NCBI RefSeq assembly: GCF_006345805.1
Contig: NC_043011.1
Coordinates: forward strand, 38,576,464 to 38,640,463
DNA length: 64,000 nt
Source of the DNA: Octopus sinensis
Taxonomy: Eukaryota
Direction of reading: 5' to 3'
Under the pieces are notes generated by a model. It saw only the letters and a program-made list of their open reading frames with translations. It was not told the origin of the DNA and did not search any database. The position numbers were made by a program, and so were the translations under genes. Positions 56,232-64,000 of this stretch are shown piece by piece; positions within the stretch are counted from its first letter, which is position 1, and each line of letters opens with the position of its first letter.

Positions 56232-56786
56232 ATATATTCGGTCATAGAGTGAGCAACGGTTTCTCATCCATTGAGTGCTTAGCTTTATAGACGATTCGTC
56301 ACATTCCAATAGACGCAGGCATATAATCTCTCTTCAAACTGAGGGTAGAAAATCGCTACGGTCAGTTAATTTGTAAACAAAAGAATAATATTCACTGGCT
56401 GTAGTTGGAATCTCTCTTAAGCTCAAGACACGAGATCTATAATTCCTGCCGTCAATTCAAAGGCAACCTGCTGCAAGTGTGGATTTCCCGTTCGTCGATT
56501 AGAGTTTTAAAAAGTATTTGCGGACTAGCGTAGATTTTTTTGTTTGCCCTTTAGGTCAATAAGATTTGCCAACTAGGCCGGTCTAACACCGATATCTCGT
56601 CCTCTTGAGGTTCAGATAGTGTATATTATTCTTTTCTTTACAAATTAACTAACCGTGACTGTTTTCTAAATCCGGTTTGAAACGAGGTTATATACTTGAG
56701 GCCATTAGAACCTGAAGAGTTTTCTATAAAGCTAAACAATTTATGGATTCGAAACCATTTGGTCACTCTATAACCGGACATATATT
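56232..56786. mobile_element. TIR-bounded element (~60-bp diverged TIRs) with hammerhead-like motif in right end
   Basis: Left end reverse complement gtctataaagctaagc...gagaaaccgttgctcactctatgaccgaatatat versus right end ttctataaagctaaac...gaaaccatttggtcactctataaccggacatatat; CTGAAGA at 56712-18. Confidence 0.65.
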
Positions 56787-56907
56787 CAACTACATGTAAA
56801 TACATTACTGTTCTATCTTTTAAAGTGGGCTTATTTGTCGGATATATGATCCACTGATAATATATACACTCTTGTGTATATATATATTCATTTATATGTA
56901 TATATAT

Positions 56908-57159
56908 ATATTGTTATATTTCGGAATGGTCATTTTGCCAGTTTAGCCAATAAAAACACACGCACTATATATTTGGTGTTATTTTGCTTCAGTGTTATTT
57001 ATTTTTTACATTAATCTTAATCTTATTTCGGCCAGAGTTCTTTCGTCACACTCCTGTGACCGCATCAGTGGTCCTTTGTTTTCTTCTTTCTTATTTGTGT
57101 CTCTCCTTACTAACCGTCAGCTAAACTGGCAAAATGACCATTCCGAAATATAACAATAT
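56908..57159. mobile_element. 252-bp element with perfect 40-bp TIRs and internal hammerhead-like motif (57030-57074, minus)
   Basis: atattgttatatttcggaatggtcattttgccagtttagc at 56908-47 and its exact reverse complement at 57120-59. Confidence 0.88.
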
Positions 57160-58271
57160 CTGTTTCAACACACGACTTCGCATAAAAAATCTTGCACAAC
57201 AAATATTAAAACGTATATATATATATATATGTCTACATATTATGCCTTTATCAATAGTGTTTAAAAGAATTCTTGCCTTCATTATCCTGTCCTTTTTCTT
57301 ACAAGGTCTAATGTTTAGTGTATATAGATTAGAACTGGCCTTATATTTAATGGTGCCGGTTCACCCATGGTAAACTTCGGTGTTGTTACAAGTGTAATGC
57401 TATTGTTTCATTTTTACAATGAGTAAACAACAGCTAGTGTGTGTGTGTGTGTCTGTCTGTCTGTGTTGTGTATGTGCGTGTGTGTGTTGTCTCCCTTATC
57501 ACCATAGTATCCAACCACTTCCTTCCTTCCGTTCTTCTCAACATGTTAATTCAGATATGTTTCGTTTATTTTACCACTATTCATCTGTTTTTCTCTCCTA
57601 CTTGCATTTAGTAGAAGAGCGCAAGCTCGAAACGTCAAAGACCTTTCTGACGATTCTGACGTCCCGCCGCTTTCTTAATAATAGTACTAATAATAATGGT
57701 TTCTTTATAATAATAACGACAGGAAGAGAGCAACGACAACAACAACAATATTATGTCTAATCATTCTCTGCATCTGTTTGTGTACCTCTCGCCCACTCTA
57801 TATATTCGTCATTCTCTTTAGTTCTATGACAAAAAGATCAACTAAGAGCTATTCATCATACTAAGCCCCAAGCAATTATTCTAAGTATTTCTAAAATATC
57901 CATTGTCTAATATCATACTTTCTTCCTTCATGCCTCCAATACGCAAATGGACGTTCCACGTAAATCCTGGATCAGGTTTTACAAGTTGCATGTGCTTGTC
58001 ATGGAATTTTTCGAGGGAGTAATTAAAGGCTGTATTAAGTAATTTTTTTTTACTTCGGATTTTTTAATTACAATTACAGCAGCAATTTATCAGCAGCATC
58101 CATTTCTGAAAGAGAAATTGTGTATACATGTGTGCGGCGTAAATAAATATATAATCTTTAATGTCTTATAACCAAGAGGCTGCTAATTTCCACTACTCTG
58201 AGCACCAAGTTTCCGCTCTATCAGTCAGTAATCCGAGTCTTGTTTCGTTTAAATTATCATTTGTTTTAATA

Positions 58272-58830
58272 TTGGGTAGTCCGGAAAGTTCGTGCCGATT
58301 TATAGTAGCTTACCTTTCGACTTATTTTAGAACATGGTTGAGTCCATAAAATAGGATTTGACTACACCGCCATTTAGAGCACAGTTTAACTATCTTTTCG
58401 TGGAAGAAGGTTTATGTTCCTATAACCTGTGTTAATTTTGTAACCCTTTAAAATTGAAGATAAGAAAGTTCAATTTCGGCACTTGATACTTTGGGAACCA
58501 GACAAAAATTATTGCGGCTCGGCTGGTATGTGTTACCCCCCCGCCACTCCATATTGCTCCTTCGGATTTCTACTTATCCAGGTCTCTGTAGAATAGTCTT
58601 AATGGTAAAAATTTCAATTCGTTGGATGACTTAAAAAGATACCTTGATGAATTATTTGCCATGAAACCACCTCAATTCTGGGAAGAGGGTATTTTCAAGT
58701 TAAAGGGAAGATGGAGACGCATTGTACAACAAAATGGTTCATATTTGGTTGATTAAAAATGTAATGGCAAGTATTTATTGGCCTTTTTCTTTCATTTTAA
58801 AAATCGGCACGAACTTTCCGGACAACCCAA
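58272..58830 (+). mobile_element. mariner deletion derivative with both TIRs and TA target duplication
   Basis: ta|ttgggtagtccggaaagttcgtgccgattt ... aaatcggcacgaactttccggacaacccaa|ta; EDKKVQFRHLILWE joined to LGWYVLP / IAPSDFYL..NSLNGKNF...QQNGSYLVD*. Confidence 0.93.
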
Positions 58831-58979
58831 TATATTTTGAAATGTTACCCGAACGTTATAAGGAAAACGCCTACATGTATGTCTGATTTACCATTTTGAA
58901 TAGTACGAAACAATAAGCAACAACGGCTGTTTTAAACGCAAGTTTTTCATTTCATTCCTAGCTGTGGTGGAAATAATCC

Positions 58980-59362
58980 GGAGGCCCAATGGCCCAGTGG
59001 TTAGGGTAGCGGAATCGCGGTCATAGGATCGCGGTTTCGATTCCCAGACCGGGCGTTGTGAGTGTTTATTGAGCGAAAATACCTAAAGCTCCACGAGGCT
59101 CCGGCAGGGGATGGTGGTGATCCCTGCTGTACTCTTTCACCACAACTTTCTCTCACTCTAACTTCCTGTTTCTGTTGTACCTGTATTTCAAAGGGCCGGC
59201 CTTGTCACTCTCTGTGTCACGCTGAATATCCCCGAGAACTACGTTAAGGGTACACGTGTCTGTGGAGTGCTCAGCCACTTACAGGTTAATTTCACGAGCA
59301 GGCTGTTCCGTTGATTCGGATCAACCGGAACCCTCGTCGTCGTAACCGACGGAGTGCTTCCA
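58980..59362 (+). mobile_element. SINE family D, near full length
   Basis: ggaggcccaatggcccagtggttagggtagcgg...gaactacgttaagggtacacg...accgacggagtgc. Confidence 0.92.
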
Positions 59363-60679
59363 GGAAATAATCCACATATCTTCAGCCTCATTCAAGGGAT
59401 CTACTCGAACTCTCCTCATGAATTTACGGTGTTGCTTAAGCAATAGTTAAAAAATGTTTTCCCTTTTTCAAATCACTTCGAAACCAACGTTTTTACTCCC
59501 TGAACCAGACTGAAATGCAAGGAGAATGCCATGCATACAAGATGTTAAATACTTTATTCTTTTGTTCAAACAGTTACTGCCCTAGTTCGCTGAAACAATG
59601 GTCAGATAGTATTTTTGATTTGGAGCTACCATTCCTATAGCGTGGTACATCGTCTACAATCGATCACATAGCTTCTCAATTTGTGATGGCCTGCTGCACG
59701 TAACAACTCTATAAATTTCGACAAAGCCATAGTAGTAGTTATACGGTAGTGCTAACAAAGGAATGTTTTTCCAAATCGATTTTTTAAAGTGAAATTTCGC
59801 CAATATATATTTGAGCCTCATTTCTGTTGTTTTCTTTTTTATTCTACTTTAGAACTGTATATTATCAACTTAGTCAAACAGTTACCATTGAGTTGGCAAT
59901 TCTCACTAATTCTGAAGTCACATGATAGTTCCTGTCCAAATGGTGACCTGTCTTTTACATTGAAGTTTGCAGAATTACGACCGTTGATAAACAGTTGACA
60001 TTTTTAGTATAAACACTCCCTGAACACAGTTCCTATTTAACCATAACAAGGGTAGTAAAAAAACAACAATTGTTTCGTGATTAATCCACAATTTAATTCT
60101 GCTCTACATCTGTTTCAAAGATACAGACAACATCATTTGTGAGTTTATATAATATATGTATTTAATATATCAAGTTACACAATTAATTTCAATGTGATAA
60201 ATAAACCACTTCATCAGGAGACTAAATTAATTAAATCCAAACGGGTGCTGTTTCAAATATAATGAAAACGAGACAGAGATAAGTGTAGGCAAGTAAGTAG
60301 GTACGTAGGTAGATAGATAAATAGATAGATAGATACATACATAATACATACATACATACATACATACATACATACATACATACATACATTGAAGAATACA
60401 AACGCAAAGCAGTGATGTGTATCAATGTCAACTTGGTACTCGTCCAAATATGCTTCAGGCGTCTTCGAACACGTTGAAGCCATTCATTGTATTTTGTGAT
60501 GGAAAAAAAGCTTTCGTTCGAAACGTCCCGCACCACCAACATGCGTTGGATTTTTTTAATGTACCTATAACTTAGCGCTTCGACGAAAGAACCCAATAGA
60601 ATATATAGCAGAATTAAAGAAAAAGAATGTCTAGTGCGATTCTGTATACATCTTGTATTTATAATTGTTGTTTTAGCTG

Positions 60680-60880
60680 TTCTTGTTGTTGATGATGATG
60701 ATGACGACGATGATGATGATGTCAGTAATGATGAAGATGATAACGATAACGATATAAATGATGATGGCGATGACGACGATTTATGATTACATCGATCATC
60801 ATAATCATGACGACGACGACGCTGGTGATAATGACGACGACGACAATGATGACGATGATGATGATGTGGATGATGATTTT
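60680..60880. repeat. (GAT)n/(GAC)n low-complexity tract
   Basis: Direct reading. Confidence 0.85.
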
Positions 60881-61614
60881 TCTATTCCACTTCAAAAAAA
60901 AAAACTCCAAAAGCCCATCATTTCTCTCTGCAATTACTGAGGTTCCTTGAACACACACACATACCACACCATTGTGAAATACTGCATTAAAGATTAATTG
61001 AATGTGAAAGATGCAATTTCTAGATAGGTTCGGTACTAATGACTTCAGAAGGCCCTTTAGTTTCACAAGCATTATTCAAAATTACATGGGTATTATGAAA
61101 ATGAAATATAATTGAAATATAACAATGGTTATTAGATCGGAATAAGGTTCCTGATTTATAGGCAATGATAAAATGAGATTTTATAACACGTATAAGTTTC
61201 CTCATAGAAGATTCAATTCCCAATGAGAATCACAGCCTACAGTAATAATAGTTATAATTATTGTATTAAAATCGATCGTTGGCTGGCAATGCTTGCACTT
61301 CCCAAGATGTGCCTTGAAACAAATATATCATTCATTGAGCCAGGAATATGACAAACCAACAAGACAGCAAGACTGGAGCTTCTATGTGGCCACTCAAACT
61401 GCTAAAATTACCTGCTACATTTTTATGAAGTCTTATCCTGTCATCTTGAAAGATGGAGGACATGTCGACTTTGAAAAGACGATCTGAAATAGATGAGAAG
61501 GGAGTGTTCTAAATCATAAAGCCCCAAAGGACACGTTATGTAGTGTTGGATGTGAGATACAGTATGTCTGAGAAGGCGGGAGCACAAAATGATCGTGAAT
61601 GAAATGCAGTATTT

Positions 61615-61797
61615 CACAATGGCGTGTGGTGTGTATAGGGGAGGTGTGCAAGGAATCTCAGTGTTTGCAGAGAGAAACTTCTGGCTCCGGATTCGGTTCC
61701 ACTACGTGCCGCCTTGAGCAGGAGTCTTCTATCATAACCTCGGGTCGACAAAAACATCTAAGTGGATTTAGTAGACAGAAACTGAAGGAATCCTGTC

Positions 61798-61849
<52 letters not shown>

Positions 61850-61850
61850 G

Positions 61851-61885
<35 letters not shown>

Positions 61886-62130
61886 GAATATAGATAGATA
61901 TAAATGCATGTGTCTGTGCGTGGGTGTCTGTGTGTCTGTGTTTGTCCCCGACCACCGCTCAACACCCGGTGTTGGTGTGTTTATGTCCCAGTAACCTAGC
62001 AGTTCGATAGAGACAGAATAATTGTCAGGATTAAGAAAATAATAAGCGCTGGGATCGATTCATTCGACTGAAATTTCTTTAGACCGTGCCACAGGATGGC
62101 CGCAGTCTAATGACTGAAACAAGTAAAAAG
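61615..62130 (+). mobile_element. SINE family B with expanded internal (TA)n/(GA)n
   Basis: ccttgagcaggagtcttctatcataacc...gtagacagaaactgaag...gatggccgcagtctaatgactgaaacaagtaaaa. Confidence 0.85.
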
Positions 62131-63023
62131 GTAAAATTAACAGATACCTTGCTTAAAACAAGAGCCATTTGTTGTATAAAAGACTGTTTAGATTATTCCT
62201 GTCAAGAAAGAACAATGGACTGTTAGAAATGTTAGAGCGGTTGTAAAAATGCCTTTTGGCGCTTTTTCTGGTACTTTATTCTTTGAGTTCAAATCCTGCT
62301 TTCAAGGTTCAGTGTCTATATAATATAGTACTGGTGATAATATTGTCGACCTACCACTTTGCTTTCTAAATTTTTGGCATTCTGGGGTCGATAAAATGAA
62401 GTAATGGAGCCGTTTTCATGGATTTGTCACTCAATGAAAATTTAAATCGTAGAAAAGAAAAGCGATGCAGTATTCTAGCATATAGTTCTCTGCGCTCCGA
62501 GTTCAAACTCACTTGTCTTCGTTTCAGGAGAGATAAATAGAGCACCAATCAATTTCTGTGATTCATTCTTATTCGCAATTCTTTCTTCTTTACACTTTTT
62601 ATCTTTCTATTTTTTTTTTTTTTTTTGTTTTGAAGAAATGGACTCCGAAAATTGAAGTGGGAGAACGGTCGCCACTAGATTCCGAAACATATCAAAATAC
62701 GCCCGTAGGCACATCAATTACGACTTCATAAAACGGAGACTACAATCTTTAGGCGAAGTAAAATGAAAGAAGATCCGTTTAATCAAGGTTGTTGGCCAGG
62801 GATTAAAGGACAACAACAACAGTAACAAAAGCAATAACAACAATAACAACAACAACCAGAGCATCAACAGCAACAACAAAATGAACAACAATATCGGCGG
62901 CACTAAAGTTACATGTCAATATTTTCCAACTTTATTTGTTCTTATCAGAAACCTATGAGTTTATTTCAAATTTCTTATTGAAAATGTTGAAGTTCGAATA
63001 TCAATTTTTTTTTTCCCTTTCAG

Positions 63024-63067
63024 TCAAAAGAGTCTTCAGATTTCAAGGAAATTGGAAATGAACTGAT
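63024..63067 (+). CDS. Candidate internal coding exon of an unidentified host gene (SKESSDFKEIGNEL-)
   Basis: Strong acceptor ttttttttttccctttcag and donor GTGAGT; exactly one of three frames is open; not part of a recognisable repeat. Confidence 0.35.
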
Positions 63068-63480
63068 GTGAGTTAACGCTGGCAGCTTTGCCACAGGCAT
63101 GAGCAATACGAGTGTAGTATTTATGGCAACACCTTAAGAATAAAAAGGAAAAAAATTCAGATGTTGATCGCTCCCCATGAGCTTAGTCAACTCTACAGTG
63201 TTTGAACATATTGTGTTATCTATCAAATTATTGAAGGATTTTCTTTTCTCTCCTCTTGCTTAGTTTCATTATTCAAGATATATTTTTCTTTTCTTTCCTT
63301 TTCTTTTTCTTTTGAAGAGGTTGTTCAGTTTTTGTACACCTAAAAACGTCATCGTTGTGTCAGAAAAAAAATAATCAATTTAGAAAAATAAAATTATGAA
63401 TGAATAAAAATTTGAATCTTTCAAAAAAATTTAATATTAATAAATCCATGACACTCTTCCTCTCTGTCATTCTTTCTCCC

Positions 63481-63517
<37 letters not shown>

Positions 63518-64000
63518 CTCGCTTTATCTTGCTTGCTCTCTTACTCCACTTCTATCTTCCTTTCGATTTCTCCCTCACTCTCGACTCCAAGACATCAATA
63601 ATCTATACTGTTCAGTACAGGTGCTTTATATGTTTAATATGCTTCTTTCTGGAGGAGTATTATTATATTTTAATAAATCGCAAATGATGTCAATACTATT
63701 TTTGAAGATGAATATATAATACACACACACACAGACACACAGACGCACATACATACGCAGACTTAAACACACAAACGCACACGTACACACGTATATATAA
63801 ACTTGTGTATGTATCTATTCATTTATCTCTATTTATCATTATATATAAATGGGTGTGTGTGTGTAATTGTGCATGTATATATACGTACATATGCATTATG
63901 TATATTTTTATACATATTCATGTGCGTCTGTATGTGCGTGTGCTTCTGTGTGTGAATACATACATATAAACATTTACACACACACACACACCCATATATA

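Overview
AT-rich, repeat-saturated eukaryotic DNA, intronic or intergenic. From recall of the SINE families it is most likely an octopus (Octopus sp.) genome. No host protein-coding gene can be called with confidence. Almost all ORFs in the supplied track are microsatellite or SINE read-through; one 44-nt segment (63024-63067) has good splice signals. The window holds about 30 tRNA-derived SINE copies or fragments from four families (labelled A-D here), Tc1/mariner fossils, RTE LINE 3' fragments, an ORF1-only L1/Tx1-like element, a Penelope-like (PLE) RT/GIY-YIG remnant, DINE-1/Helentron-like non-autonomous elements, MITEs, a probable solo LTR, several local tandem duplications and very long microsatellites. 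The most notable pattern is at least 10 minimal type-I hammerhead-ribozyme-like motifs. Four of them sit in short elements bounded by terminal inverted repeats, three of which abut (TA)n tracts. All coordinates and alignments were done by eye; repeat boundaries are approximate.
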